Assembly: GCA_027310665.1 (NCBI GenBank)
Contig: DAIDAJ010000024.1
Coordinates: forward strand, 17,607-81,606
Source: Sideroxydans sp.
Lineage (GTDB): Bacteria; Pseudomonadota; Gammaproteobacteria; Burkholderiales; Gallionellaceae
Reading direction: 5' to 3'
DNA length: 64,000 bases
In this document: positions 51,803-62,694 of the stretch, piece after piece
Layout: each line of letters begins with the position of its first letter
How positions within the stretch are numbered: position 1 is the stretch's first letter
Notes under the pieces: generated by a model
Databases searched by the model: none
What the model was told of the DNA's origin: nothing
Seen by the model: only the letters and a program-made list of their open reading frames with translations
Program-made: the position numbers and the translations under genes

Positions 51803-53058
51803 GGGGTTTTCTCCTGTTGCGGTTCGATGTATCCGTCGCTCATCGCGGCGATCTCATCGCGTCCTATGGTTTTCAGTTCCAGACTCTCATTCCAGCGCAA
51901 TTGCAGCGGCAGTGCGGCCAGCGGAGCCAGTTCGGGATCGACGTTCTGTTCGCCGAGGAACGACAGCAGCGACAGGCGGTACGAGGCATCGCTGAAGCTG
52001 CCGCCGACGATGCCGTCGGCCAGATTCATCGGTTCTTTCAGCCCGGCCAGCAGGCGCGTCAGCGCAGCCAGTTGATACGGCGGTTCATGCTCCACATCGT
52101 CCACGTATTCGACTTCGGCGGGGGCGGGCATGGCGGAGATGCGGCGGTTGGGCTGTTCACGCGCGACGAACTCTTCGGTGTTGTCCAGCATCACGTCGGG
52201 CAGGATGAAAGTGCATTCCGGCGTAATCGAAAGATGCTCGGCGGTGAGCGCAACCAGTTCGTCCACGCTGCGCTCCTTGAGCCAGGCCGCGAGTTCGGAA
52301 GAGCTGAGGCCGCCATGCGACAGGTGCACCTGCTGGCGCGAGATTTCGGCCAGCTCGCGCTGGAAAACGGACGACATGCGCATTAGCTTGGATTGGCGCT
52401 GGCCGATTTGTTGAGACAATTTCCAGGTCGCGTCGTCCAGACCTTCGGTGGCGAGGTCGCGCATTACCTGGTTGGCCTTGTCCATCCATTTCTGCACCGA
52501 TTCCAGCTTTGCCTGCGCCTCGCGCAGTCTGAATTCTGAGCCGGAGGTGACAGCCTGCGAGAATTCTTCTTCCAGTTCGGCCAGCCGCGCCAATAGGTGC
52601 GCCAGCGCTTCCGGCGATAGTTTGCCGACGGCGGCCCCGGCGGCGATCTGGGCTGCGAAGAATTCGCCGTCCTGTTCGGTGTTGAACGACAGCAAGCTGG
52701 AGAGCGAGGACAGCACCATGCGCCCAGCGGAGGATATCTGGTAGACGTGGCGCTCGGTGTCCCACAACAGCAATTCGTGTTCGCGCAGGCGGCCGAGCAC
52801 GGTGTTGAGCTTGGATTGGTTGATGAAGGCGAAGTGGCTTTGCAGATCGCGCGGCGTCCATTCAGGCGCGCTGGCGCGCAAGCCGATCTCGCGCAACACC
52901 ATCAGGCGCACCATCACCTCATCGTCGCCGCCGCGGAACAGCGCGATCATCGCGCCGATCAGCGGCTTGGCTTCAAACAGGGGAAAAAACTGCGGCACAT
53001 CGGCAGGCTCGACCCCGTCGACCAGGAACTCGGCGAGTCCGTTGTCTTGCTGCGACAT
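51799..53058 (-). CDS. jetA: JetA/MksF-like kleisin subunit
   Basis: 419 aa, winged-helix-like N-terminus then a helical bundle; first gene of the four-gene operon; inferred from architecture. Confidence 0.65.
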   Translation of the reverse strand: MSQQDNGLAEFLVDGVEPADVPQFFPLFEAKPLIGAMIALFRGGDDEVMVRLMVLREIGLRASAPEWTPRDLQSHFAFINQSKLNTVLGRLREHELLLWDTERHVYQISSAGRMVLSSLSSLLSFNTEQDGEFFAAQIAAGAAVGKLSPEALAHLLARLAELEEEFSQAVTSGSEFRLREAQAKLESVQKWMDKANQVMRDLATEGLDDATWKLSQQIGQRQSKLMRMSSVFQRELAEISRQQVHLSHGGLSSSELAAWLKERSVDELVALTAEHLSITPECTFILPDVMLDNTEEFVAREQPNRRISAMPAPAEVEYVDDVEHEPPYQLAALTRLLAGLKEPMNLADGIVGGSFSDASYRLSLLSFLGEQNVDPELAPLAALPLQLRWNESLELKTIGRDEIAAMSDGYIEPQQEKTP

Positions 53059-53061
53059 GGA

Positions 53062-54166
53062 TTAAACGCCTTGCTTCAGGCTGGCCTCGATGAAGGGATC
53101 GAGATCGCCGTCGAGCACTTTCTGCGTATTGGAGATTTCGACGTTGGTGCGCAGGTCCTTGATGCGCGATTGGTCGAGCACGTAGGAGCGGATCTGATGG
53201 CCCCAGCCGACGTCGGTCTTGGTGGCCTCCAGCTTGTCGGCTTCTGACTGGCGCTTGCGCAGCTCCAGTTCGTACAGGCGCGACTTCAGCATGGACATCG
53301 CTTCCGCCTTGTTGCGGTGCTGCGAGCGATCGTTCTGGCATTGCACGACGATGCCGGTCGGAGCGTGGGTGATGCGAATCGCCGAGTCGGTCTTGTTGAT
53401 GTGCTGGCCGCCCGCACCTGAGGCGCGGAAAGTGTCGATGCGCAGGTCGGCCGGGTTGATGTCCACTTCGATGGAATCATCCACTTCGGGCGAGACGAAC
53501 AGGCTGGCAAAGGAGGTGTGGCGGCCGCCCGAGGAATCGAACGGCGATTTGCGCACCAGGCGGTGCACACCGGTCTCGGTGCGCAGGTGACCGTACGCGT
53601 ATTCCCCCTCGACTTTTAGCGAGGCGCTGCGGATGCCGGCGACATCACCGTCGGTCTGTTCCAGCACCTCGACCTTGAAGCCCTTGCGCTCGCAGTACCT
53701 GAGGTATTGACGCAACAGCATCGAGGCCCAGTCGCAGGCTTCGGTGCCGCCGGCACCGGCCTGGATGTCGATGAAGCAGTTGTTCGGGTCTGCCGGGTTG
53801 GAGAACATGCGGCGGAATTCGAGCGCAGCGACGCGCTTCTCGATATCCTGCACGTCGGCGGCGATGCTCTGCAGGCTGTCATCGTCGTTCTCGGCCTGCG
53901 CCATCTCGAACAATTCGGCGGCATCGTCGAGGTTCTGGCCGATCCGGGTCAGGCCGAGTACCACGTCTTCCAGCAACTTGCGCTCGCGGCCCAATTCCTG
54001 AGCGCGCTTCGCATCGTTCCAGATGGTCGGGTTTTCGGCGAGTTGGTTGACTTCGGTTAAGCGCTCCTGCTTGCTGTCGAAGTCAAAGATACCTCCGTAA
54101 CTCATTGCTGCGACTGCGTAAATCTTGGAGGGAGTGGGAGAGGGCGTTGAGTTGTTCGGCTTCCAT
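53062..54166 (-). CDS. prfB: Peptide chain release factor 2 (programmed +1 frameshift)
   Basis: 27-codon leader MEAEQL..RRYL from 54166, then GGAGGT-AT-CTT-TGA-C slippery site (54082-54096); second frame carries SPF and GGQ. Confidence 0.96.
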
Positions 54167-54239
54167 TTTGTATGTTTTATCGCTGCTTTGAAAGGCCGCG
54201 ATTATACACGTCCTGAGCGTATCAAAGGAGCCGAAGGGC

Positions 54240-55511
54240 TTAGCGGAACAGCAGGCCGAACAGAACGCCGCAGGCAATGGCGCCGAAGCCGATGGCGACT
54301 GGTTTTGCCAATGTCCGGCCACCGATAAAGACGACCATGCCGAACTTGAAGGCGACATTGGACAGGAAGGCGATGGCGATCGCGGTGACCGTCTGTTGCT
54401 CGCTCAGTTGGCCGAGGTTGAACAGGCGCAGGCTGGATAGCGTGATGGCGTCGACATCGGTCAGGCCGGACGCCAGTGCCACGGCATACAAACCCTGGCT
54501 GCCGGCCAGGTCGGCCATCCACGCCGAACCCAGCAACACGATCACATACAGCAAACCGAAGCCGACAGCAGAATGCAATTCCGCCGGGTTCGAGGTTTCC
54601 GGAATATAAAGCTCGGATACTTTACTGGATTTGCGCCAAGTGTAGATCGAGACGACAACCCCGGCGATCAATCCACCCGCGAATACAGGCGCCAGGCCCG
54701 GCAGGGTGCCATATGCCACGACCGAGCTGACTACCAGCAGACGCAGCAATACCACTACGCTGGCGATCACGATCACCGCGGCGGCAAGACTGGTCATCGC
54801 CGGGTTGGACTTGCCGTGCTTGGCATAGATCATGGTGGTGGCAGTGCTCGACACCAAGCCGCCGAGAAAACCAAGCAAGGGTGCCCCGTAACGCGTTCCT
54901 ACCATGTGCAACGCGGCATAACCGGCGAGGCTGATACCGGAGATGAGCACCACCATCAACCAGGCCTGGTGCGGATTGAATGCATTATAGGGGCCGTAGT
55001 CCTGGTTCGGGAGGATGGGCAGGACGATGAAAGTGAGCACCGAGAATTGCAGCACGGCAACCAGGTCGCGGCGTGTCAGCCGTTGCGTGAAGCCGCGCAA
55101 TTCAGGCTTGAAGTAGAGCAGGGTGGTGATGCCGATCGCCAGCATCACGGCGAGCGTGGAAAGTCCGAACCAGATCAACACACCCAGGCCGTAACTCAGC
55201 AGCAGGGCGACCACAGTGGTGGTGCCGGGGTCGTTCTCTTCGGTGGGCGTGTTGATGTAGGCGGCGACGATCATGCCTGCCACGGCAAGCAGGCCCGCGA
55301 CCACCAGCCAGGGAGAGCCTAGTCTGGCAGAAAGCATCGCCATCAAGGTGCCGAGCACTGCGACCAGCGCAAAGGTGCGCAGACCGGCTTTGGCGGAAGG
55401 GTTGCGCTCGCGCTCGAGGCCGATCAACAGGCCGATGGCGAGACTGGTCAGGAATTGCGGCAGCGCTTCGATGCCATTGGCCTGCAATAGGGTGGATTCC
55501 ATAAAGCTCAA
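54240..55511 (-). CDS. MgtC/SapB-family membrane protein with DUF4010
   Basis: GLLIGLERE..AGLRTF, GGLVSSTATT, SGLTDVDA. Confidence 0.88.
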   Translation of the reverse strand: MSFMESTLLQANGIEALPQFLTSLAIGLLIGLERERNPSAKAGLRTFALVAVLGTLMAMLSARLGSPWLVVAGLLAVAGMIVAAYINTPTEENDPGTTTVVALLLSYGLGVLIWFGLSTLAVMLAIGITTLLYFKPELRGFTQRLTRRDLVAVLQFSVLTFIVLPILPNQDYGPYNAFNPHQAWLMVVLISGISLAGYAALHMVGTRYGAPLLGFLGGLVSSTATTMIYAKHGKSNPAMTSLAAAVIVIASVVVLLRLLVVSSVVAYGTLPGLAPVFAGGLIAGVVVSIYTWRKSSKVSELYIPETSNPAELHSAVGFGLLYVIVLLGSAWMADLAGSQGLYAVALASGLTDVDAITLSSLRLFNLGQLSEQQTVTAIAIAFLSNVAFKFGMVVFIGGRTLAKPVAIGFGAIACGVLFGLLFR

Positions 55512-57199
55512 TCTCCTATCCAGTGGCGCACGATGAGCTGCAAAGTCTCGCTGCCATTGTATTCATTGACACTCAGACTGTACACCGCATGGATGTCGTC
55601 CGGCGCGGGCTCGGCGGAAAAGAAGCGGATGGCGTCGAAACTTCCGGCTGGAGACGACAGCTTGAGCTTGAGGTGTTTCTCGCCGACCACACGCTGGGTC
55701 TGCACCCGGAAATCGCCTTCGAACAGCGGTTCCGGAAAACCCTGTCCCCACACCTGACGTTGAAGTTCGCGTGCGATGCTCAAAGTGGATTCGCTTGCGT
55801 CGAGCGTACCATCGGTTGGAATGGTTTTGACCAATGCTTCGGCGTCGAGCAATTCCTGCGCAACCGATTCAAAAGCCGATCGGAAGTCGTTCAGGTCCGC
55901 TTCGAGGATGCTCAAACCTGCGGCCATGGCATGCCCGCCGAATTTCAGTATCAGTTGCGGATGGCGCTTCGACACCAGATCAAGCGCGTCGCGCAGATGC
56001 AGTCCGGCGATGCTGCGCCCGGAACCTTTAAGTTCTCCCGTTTGCGAGCGCGCAAAGGCGATCACCGGGCGGTGGAACTTGTCCTTGAGGCGTGAGGCGA
56101 GGATGCCGATCACCCCCTGATGCCAATCCTCGTTGAACAGCGCAAGCGAGAAGCCGTCCTCCGGATCGAAGGCATGGAGCGTGGCCAGCGCGCTGTCCTG
56201 CATATCGGCCTCGATGGTGCGGCGCTCATGGTTCAGCGCATCCAGCCTGGCAGCGATTTCGCCGGCTTCCGTGTCGTCGTCGGTCAACAGGCAACGGATG
56301 CCGAGGCTCATGTCGTCCAGCCGTCCAGCCGCATTCAGGCGCGGGCCGACGATGAAACCCAGTTCGTAGGCCGACGCCTGCGCAGCCAGTCTGCGTGCCA
56401 CACGCAATAGTGCCCGGATACCGGCGCAGCTGCGTCCGGCACGGATGCGCTGCAAACCCTGCTGGACGAGGATGCGGTTGTTATCGTCCAGCCTGACCAC
56501 ATCCGCGACCGTGCCGAGGGCGACCAGGTCGAGCAGGTTGCCGAGATTGGGTTCGGCCTTTCCGGCAAACGCGCCGCGTTTGCGCATCTCCGCCCGCAAT
56601 GCCATCAGTACGTAGAACATCACGCCGACCCCCGCCAGATTCTTGCTGGGAAAAGTGCAGCCGGGCTGGTTGGGGTTCACGATGCACAGGGCATCCGGCA
56701 GCGTGTCTCCGGGCAAATGATGGTCGGTCACCAGTACTTGCATGCCCAGGCGTGCGGCTTCTGCCACGCCTTCTACGCTGGCGATGCCGTTGTCCACGGT
56801 GAGCAAAATATCCGGTTCGGAACGTTTGGCCAGACGCACGATCTCCGGCGTCAACCCATAACCATACTCAAATCGGTTGGGGACGATGAAATCGACTCTT
56901 GCGCCGAGCGCGCTGAGTCCCCGCATACCCACCGTGCAGGCTGTCGCACCATCGGCATCGTAGTCGGCCACGATCAGTATCTTCTTATTGTCCGTGATGG
57001 CATCGGCCAGCAGGCCTGCCATCATTTCCGCGTTCTTCAACAGCGTGAAAGGCAGCAGGTGCCTGATATCGGTATCGAGTTGAGCCGGATCGCGGATGCC
57101 GCGTGCCGCATAGATGCGGGCCAGCAAGGGGACAATGCCGGATTGGGCCAGAAGCCGGGAGGTGTCGGCGGGAAAGGGGCGCTGGATGATCTTGCTCAT
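55508..57199 (-). CDS. recJ: ssDNA 5'-3' exonuclease RecJ
   Basis: DYDADG, TVDNG, TDHH, RLNAAGRL, GSGRS, GGHAMAAG. Confidence 0.96.
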   Translation of the reverse strand: MSKIIQRPFPADTSRLLAQSGIVPLLARIYAARGIRDPAQLDTDIRHLLPFTLLKNAEMMAGLLADAITDNKKILIVADYDADGATACTVGMRGLSALGARVDFIVPNRFEYGYGLTPEIVRLAKRSEPDILLTVDNGIASVEGVAEAARLGMQVLVTDHHLPGDTLPDALCIVNPNQPGCTFPSKNLAGVGVMFYVLMALRAEMRKRGAFAGKAEPNLGNLLDLVALGTVADVVRLDDNNRILVQQGLQRIRAGRSCAGIRALLRVARRLAAQASAYELGFIVGPRLNAAGRLDDMSLGIRCLLTDDDTEAGEIAARLDALNHERRTIEADMQDSALATLHAFDPEDGFSLALFNEDWHQGVIGILASRLKDKFHRPVIAFARSQTGELKGSGRSIAGLHLRDALDLVSKRHPQLILKFGGHAMAAGLSILEADLNDFRSAFESVAQELLDAEALVKTIPTDGTLDASESTLSIARELQRQVWGQGFPEPLFEGDFRVQTQRVVGEKHLKLKLSSPAGSFDAIRFFSAEPAPDDIHAVYSLSVNEYNGSETLQLIVRHWIGD

Positions 57200-57303
57200 G
57201 TGAACGGGTCGCTGGATTTCCCGCAGTGTAGCAGAGGGGTAATCGTCTTTTTACGCCAGTTCAGTTAGAATGCCGCCCACTTTTAAATCGACGCAGGCAT
57301 ATC

Positions 57304-58536
57304 GTGGCATTGATAGTTCAGAAATACGGCGGCACTTCCGTCGGCAGTCCGGAGCGCATCAGGAACGTTGCGCAGCGCGTGGCAAAATACAAGGCTCAGG
57401 GGCATCAGGTTGTGGTCGTGGTTTCCGCGATGAGCGGCGAGACCAATCGTTTGATCGCACTGGCCAAGGAGATCCAGAAACATCCCGACCCCCGCGAGCT
57501 CGATGTGGTTATCTCCACCGGCGAGCAAGTGACTATCGGTCTGCTGGCGATGGCATTGAAAGACGTTGGCCTGGAGGCGAAGAGCTACACCGGTGCACAG
57601 GTCAAGATATTGACCGACAGCGCGTTCACCAAAGCACGCATCCTCAGCATCGACGAGCAGAACATCCGCACCGATCTGGCCAACGGCAACGTGGTCGTGG
57701 TTGCCGGATTCCAGGGCATGGACGAGGCCGGCAACATCACCACGCTGGGGCGCGGCGGATCGGACACCACAGGCGTGGCGATTGCCGCCGCATTGCGTGC
57801 CGACGAATGCCAGATTTACACCGACGTGGATGGCGTCTATACCACCGACCCGCGCATGGTGCCCGAAGCGCGCCGCCTGAAAAGCATCACCTTCGAAGAG
57901 ATGCTGGAAATGGCCAGCCTGGGTTCCAAGGTGCTGCAGATACGCTCGGTCGAGTTCGCGGGCAAATATAAAGTCAAATTGCGTGTGCTCTCCAGTTTTA
58001 CCGAAGAGGGCGAAGGTACGCTGATCACATTCGAGGAAGGCAATAAAATGGAACAGGCAATCATTTCAGGGATCGCGTTCAACCGCGATGAGGCGAAGAT
58101 CACCGTGCGCGGCGTGCCGGACAAGCCCGGGATCGCCTATCAGATCCTCGGCCCGGTGAGCGAATCCAACATCGATGTGGACATGATCATCCAGAACGTC
58201 GGCGTGGATGGCTCCACCGACTTCTCGTTCACCGTACATCGCAACGAGTTCAACAAGGCGATGGACATCCTGAAGAACAAGGTGCAACCGCATATCGGCG
58301 CCCGCGACGTCATCGGCGACAACAAGACGGCCAAGGTCTCAGTGGTCGGCGTCGGCATGCGTTCGCACGTGGGCATCGCCAGCAAGATGTTCCGCACCCT
58401 CGCCGAAGAGGGCATCAATATCCAGATGATCTCCACCTCCGAAATCAAGATTTCCGTGGTCATCGACGAGAAATATCTGGAACTGGCCGTGCGAGTGCTG
58501 CACAAGGCTTTCGATCTGGACCAGGAAAACGCATAA
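57304..58536 (+). CDS. lysC: Aspartate kinase
   Basis: VQKYGGTSV, LGRGGSD, DVDGVYTTDP, two ACT domains; GTG start. Confidence 0.95.
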   Translation: MALIVQKYGGTSVGSPERIRNVAQRVAKYKAQGHQVVVVVSAMSGETNRLIALAKEIQKHPDPRELDVVISTGEQVTIGLLAMALKDVGLEAKSYTGAQVKILTDSAFTKARILSIDEQNIRTDLANGNVVVVAGFQGMDEAGNITTLGRGGSDTTGVAIAAALRADECQIYTDVDGVYTTDPRMVPEARRLKSITFEEMLEMASLGSKVLQIRSVEFAGKYKVKLRVLSSFTEEGEGTLITFEEGNKMEQAIISGIAFNRDEAKITVRGVPDKPGIAYQILGPVSESNIDVDMIIQNVGVDGSTDFSFTVHRNEFNKAMDILKNKVQPHIGARDVIGDNKTAKVSVVGVGMRSHVGIASKMFRTLAEEGINIQMISTSEIKISVVIDEKYLELAVRVLHKAFDLDQENA

Positions 58537-58581
58537 ATCGTTTGACCGCCTAGCCTCTAATCAGTATTATTCGCGGCCTTC

Positions 58582-58675
58582 GGAGAGGTGGCCGAGAGGT
58601 CGAAGGCACGCCCCTGCTAAGGGCGCATACGAGCTTAAACTTGTATCGAGGGTTCGAATCCCTCCCTCTCCGCCA
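58582..58675 (+). tRNA. tRNA-Ser (anticodon GCT)
   Basis: Acceptor GGAGAGG/CCTCTCC+GCCA, anticodon arm CGCCC-ct GCT aa-GGGCG, long variable arm. Confidence 0.96.
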
Positions 58676-58684
58676 AGTAGTCTG

Positions 58685-58709
58685 AGCCCTTCCCTGTGAA
58701 GGGCTTTTT
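58685..58709 (+). terminator. Terminator after tRNA-Ser
   Basis: AGCCCTTC-cctgt-GAAGGGCT then TTTT. Confidence 0.7.
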
Positions 58710-58746
58710 CTATGGCGGACACGGTACGTATTCCTTTGCACAAATG

Positions 58747-59343
58747 CTAATTGGAGATGAACATCACATCTTCCTGTTGATTGATCTTCATTCTCCTGAG
58801 CACATTCATGCCAAGCAGTGCATCCACGCTCAGGGATGGCAGTATGTTCACCGTCACATCGTTAAGGTGGAAAGTCCCGAATGACAGTCTCGGGATCGTT
58901 ACCGAGCAGGTGCGGACCACGCCATTGCCCGTTGCAACAAGGCCTGCGCCGGTACAACTCTTGATGCCGGCCCTGATTGCGGCACGCTCAGAAATCGTCG
59001 TGACTGAAGCGCCTGTATCCACGACAAACGTGACCGGCAGGTCGTTGATCGAGCCTTGAGTGGTAAAACTGTGATGGGCATTCAAATACAACGTCAGGCT
59101 GCCATGTTCGTTGATCGGCTGGTCGCTCGCGCTTGAAAGTACCTGCGCATTGCTTGCGCATTTGGTTCCGCTATACGTCACCTTGCCGTGGTCGTCGCAT
59201 TTGTACACTGCTGCCATGACTTCGCTGGGCAACAGCGTGGAAGCCAACCCGGTCAGGGTCAGAATGAGCCCGGCTATCGAGTGACGGTTGAATGGAGCTT
59301 GACGGCGTGGTGACGATGCTTCAAAGAGTCGAGTGGGGCACAT
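58747..59343 (-). CDS. DUF4124 plus retropepsin-like (clan AA) aspartic protease
   Basis: VYKC...YS (DUF4124-like), FVVDTGAS catalytic motif, LLGMNVL. Start uncertain. Confidence 0.8.
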   Translation of the reverse strand: MCPTRLFEASSPRRQAPFNRHSIAGLILTLTGLASTLLPSEVMAAVYKCDDHGKVTYSGTKCASNAQVLSSASDQPINEHGSLTLYLNAHHSFTTQGSINDLPVTFVVDTGASVTTISERAAIRAGIKSCTGAGLVATGNGVVRTCSVTIPRLSFGTFHLNDVTVNILPSLSVDALLGMNVLRRMKINQQEDVMFISN

Positions 59344-59666
59344 GGGGTAATGTCCAATCATATGCAGTCGCTTGAACGCGCAGGATAGGCGAAATTTACT
59401 CCGATATTGGCGAGGCAGCCAGCGTGTCGATATCCGGCTGCATCTGCGGATGCCGTTGGAAAGCAGAAGTGCCCGGACAGGAAAATGCACTCAGGCCAGC
59501 TTCCTGATATTCGCGAATTCTTCACTTCATCGGCATGTGAGCGTGGCTTCACCCAGTATCCATAATGCCCGGGGGGTGACTCATGGCCTCTTGCGAACAG
59601 CGGTTGTTTGGGCTAACGTTAACGCGAACATGAAGAATTGCTGAAGAAAAACAGGGGGCGTTCTGA

Positions 59667-61436
59667 ATGTACAGTCCTAAAAGGTTGTTCGTCGCATTGA
59701 TCATTTCAGTGTTCGCCGCTGAGTTGTTGATCATGAGTGCGTTGTCTCTACTGGAGCCTATCCCTCAGTGGGTCGAGAACGCACTGGATGCTTTCCTGGA
59801 TGTTGTCCTGCTTTTGCCAATACTCTATTTCTGGGTGTTCAGGCCTTTGAAGAAGCTCAACGCGGAACTGGAGGCAAGAACCAGGGAGGCCGAGTCAGCC
59901 AACCGTGCTAAAAGCGCTTTCATGGCCAATATCAGCCACGAGATACGCACCCCGCTGCATGTCCTGATCGGACTGGGGCAGTTATTACGACGCGATCCGG
60001 ATCACCCCGTGCAATTGCAACGGCTCGACCAGCTCTGTGCGACCTCCGACCATTTGCTTGCCCTGGTCAACGACATTCTTGACCTGTCAAAAATCGAATC
60101 GGGCCGGTTCGTTCTCGATGACGGCGTCTTCCTTCTTGGCTCGGTCATCGACCAGGCGCGGGAAGTCGTCTCGCAATTGGCGTTCAGCAAGAACCTTGCG
60201 CTAAAGATCGATATTCCGCCGGCATGTTACAACGCGTCAGTGCGCGGCGATTCGCTCCGCTTGTCCCAGATACTCATCAATCTGGGAGGCAATGCCGTGA
60301 AATTCAGCAACCACGGGACGATACACATCGGCGTGTCCGTTGTTGAAGAGAATCCCGCGAGTCTGCGTCTGTGCTTCAGCGTGCTGGACAGCGGGATCGG
60401 CATCGCGAAGGAAGACCAGGCGCGCATCTTTCTTCCGTTCGAGCAAATTGACGGTTCTATTACCCGGGAATACGGCGGCACGGGGCTGGGGTTGGCGATC
60501 TGCCACCGGCTTGTCGGCATGATGGGCGGCAGGATATGGGTTGACAGCCAGCCGGGAGTGGGAAGCACTTTCAGCTTCGAGATCACACTGGCGCGTGGAG
60601 ACAGGATTCCGGAAACCATCGCTGCAACGCCCTCAGTCCCGGATCTGGTGGGCTTGCGGGTGCTGGTCGCCGAAGATCACCCGCTGAGCCAGGAAATCAT
60701 CCTCGAGATGCTGGAAGACCTGGGCTGCATTGCCGAGATCGCGACAGACGGAGTGGAGGCGATCGAATGTGCCCTGGCACATGACTTCGACCTGATCCTG
60801 ATGGATATGCAGATGCCGAAGATGGACGGATTGGCTGCCGCCCGCATCATCCGAACGTTGCCCGGACATCACGACAAACCCATCATCGCACTGACGGCGA
60901 ACGCGTTTGTGGAAGATCGCCTGCGCTGCCAGGATGCCGGGATGAACGACCATATCAGCAAGCCTGTTACGCCCGCCAAACTCGCCTCCACCCTGAGCAA
61001 ATGGCTGCCTGATCTTGTCGTCCCGGGCGAGGAGACTGAGCAATGCAAGTGCGAGTTGAGCGAGGCGCTCGCGAAGATTTCGGGATTGGATGTGGCGATA
61101 TCCTGGTGGCGATCTCCGGAACGGCTCGCCGATTATTGCGTGCTGCTGAACAAATTCGTGAAACTGCACGGTCAGGACATATCTCTGCTGCGGGAACATC
61201 TGGCCGCTGGAGAGTTTTATGCCGCACATGCGATCGCCCACAATCTTAAAGGGATCGCGGGGCTGATCGGCGCGCGGCGAATCGAATCGCTGGCCAGCGA
61301 GATGGTGCAGGCGCTGCGTTCCGGTTCCGGCAATGCAGATATTGCGGTCATTGAGGGAGCCTGCGAGGCAGAACTTGCCCGTCTCAGAGTGGCAATCCGA
61401 ACACTGCCGACAGTTGAAGAATCATTTGTGAAATGA
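59667..61436 (+). CDS. Hybrid histidine kinase (2TM-HisKA-HATPase-REC-HPt)
   Basis: ISHEIRTPL, GNAVKF, GGTGLGLAI, LMDMQMP, AHNLKG HPt motif. Confidence 0.92.
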   Translation: MYSPKRLFVALIISVFAAELLIMSALSLLEPIPQWVENALDAFLDVVLLLPILYFWVFRPLKKLNAELEARTREAESANRAKSAFMANISHEIRTPLHVLIGLGQLLRRDPDHPVQLQRLDQLCATSDHLLALVNDILDLSKIESGRFVLDDGVFLLGSVIDQAREVVSQLAFSKNLALKIDIPPACYNASVRGDSLRLSQILINLGGNAVKFSNHGTIHIGVSVVEENPASLRLCFSVLDSGIGIAKEDQARIFLPFEQIDGSITREYGGTGLGLAICHRLVGMMGGRIWVDSQPGVGSTFSFEITLARGDRIPETIAATPSVPDLVGLRVLVAEDHPLSQEIILEMLEDLGCIAEIATDGVEAIECALAHDFDLILMDMQMPKMDGLAAARIIRTLPGHHDKPIIALTANAFVEDRLRCQDAGMNDHISKPVTPAKLASTLSKWLPDLVVPGEETEQCKCELSEALAKISGLDVAISWWRSPERLADYCVLLNKFVKLHGQDISLLREHLAAGEFYAAHAIAHNLKGIAGLIGARRIESLASEMVQALRSGSGNADIAVIEGACEAELARLRVAIRTLPTVEESFVK

Positions 61437-61601
61437 TCGGGAAATGGTCGGCCATGAAATGCGAGCTGGCCAGCAGCCGAAAATTACAGCAAGCGGGAAG
61501 GCGATACCTGGTGAACCGGGTCAAGCTGAGAATCACGAGCGTCTGGGACTTTGTGCTATAAAGCGTTCAGGTTCGGCATTCCCGCTCCAGGAGAAACCCT
61601 C

Positions 61602-62246
61602 ATGAAAGTGCGCGTACTTCTCGTAGACGACCACAAGATGTTCCGTTATGCGCTCCGGCTCATCCTTGAAAAAGAACCGCATATCGAAATTGTGGGTGAG
61701 GCGGGCGACGGACAGGAGATGCTGGCCCTGGCACACAAGATCGTACCGGACGTGGTATGCATGGATATTTCCATGCCCCATATGGACGGCATCGACGCCA
61801 CGCGGCGCCTGCTGGCGATCAATTCCTCGATCCGGGTCATAGGATTGTCAGCCAACGCCGATCAGTATTATGTGATGGAGATGATGAACGCGGGTGCGGC
61901 TGGCTATATCACCAAGGCGGAATCCGTGGAAGAGATATTGCGCGCCATCAATACGGTGCATCACAGCCAGAAGAAATACTTGTGTCCGGACATTGCGGCC
62001 CATGTCGTGGATGCGGTATTCAAGCCGGCGACACATGAATCGACCGTTGCCAAGCTGAGTCACCGTGAGCAACAGGTGCTGCATCTGGTCGCCGAGGGTT
62101 GTTCGTCCTCCAGTATTGCTCAGCGCCTTCAACTGTCCTCATCTACGGTGGAAGTGCATCGGCGCAACATCATGCACAAGCTCAACCTGCACAGTATCGC
62201 GGACTTGACCAAGTATGCGATCCGTAACGGCATCACATCAGGCTGA
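61602..62246 (+). CDS. NarL/FixJ-family response regulator (REC plus LuxR HTH)
   Basis: LVDDH, MDISMP..DG, LSHREQQVL..TVEVHRRNIMHKL. Confidence 0.93.
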   Translation: MKVRVLLVDDHKMFRYALRLILEKEPHIEIVGEAGDGQEMLALAHKIVPDVVCMDISMPHMDGIDATRRLLAINSSIRVIGLSANADQYYVMEMMNAGAAGYITKAESVEEILRAINTVHHSQKKYLCPDIAAHVVDAVFKPATHESTVAKLSHREQQVLHLVAEGCSSSSIAQRLQLSSSTVEVHRRNIMHKLNLHSIADLTKYAIRNGITSG

Positions 62247-62694
62247 ACAGGCCGGGCAGCTGTCAGCAGGTTGACCTGCGCCTGCTTCCTGAATTCATCG
62301 ATCCGTTGTCGTTCCACTCCATATAAGCCGAAGAATATCGAATTCCGCTGGCGGAATGATGCGATTTCGTAGCAGGGTTATCAGGTGCAAGCGTCCGTTT
62401 ACGCAGCCGCACCTGCGGAAGTATCGACCTGAATATACACAAAACACAGTAGACCCTACTTCTTTTGCCCGGCATCGCTACCCGAATTAACTGATATGAA
62501 TACCTGTGTCCGGGTATTGAGGAAGCATTGTCTCATTGATTACATTGGCTCAGCGTCGATTGGACCGGCTGACGAGATGGTCCAGATGAAAAAACAGGGA
62601 GTCAGGGAGTCCCGGACGTGCTGCTCTGGTTGCATGGGAGGAATTTCTTTAGGGCCGTTTGCGGCAAATGTCAGGTTTGCTTAAGGGGACTGCT

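Noticed and set aside
53062-54105. prfB starting at 54105 as given in the ORF track
   Set aside because: The true start is 54166 with the well-known +1 frameshift; this is an ordinary feature, not a pseudogene or a novelty.
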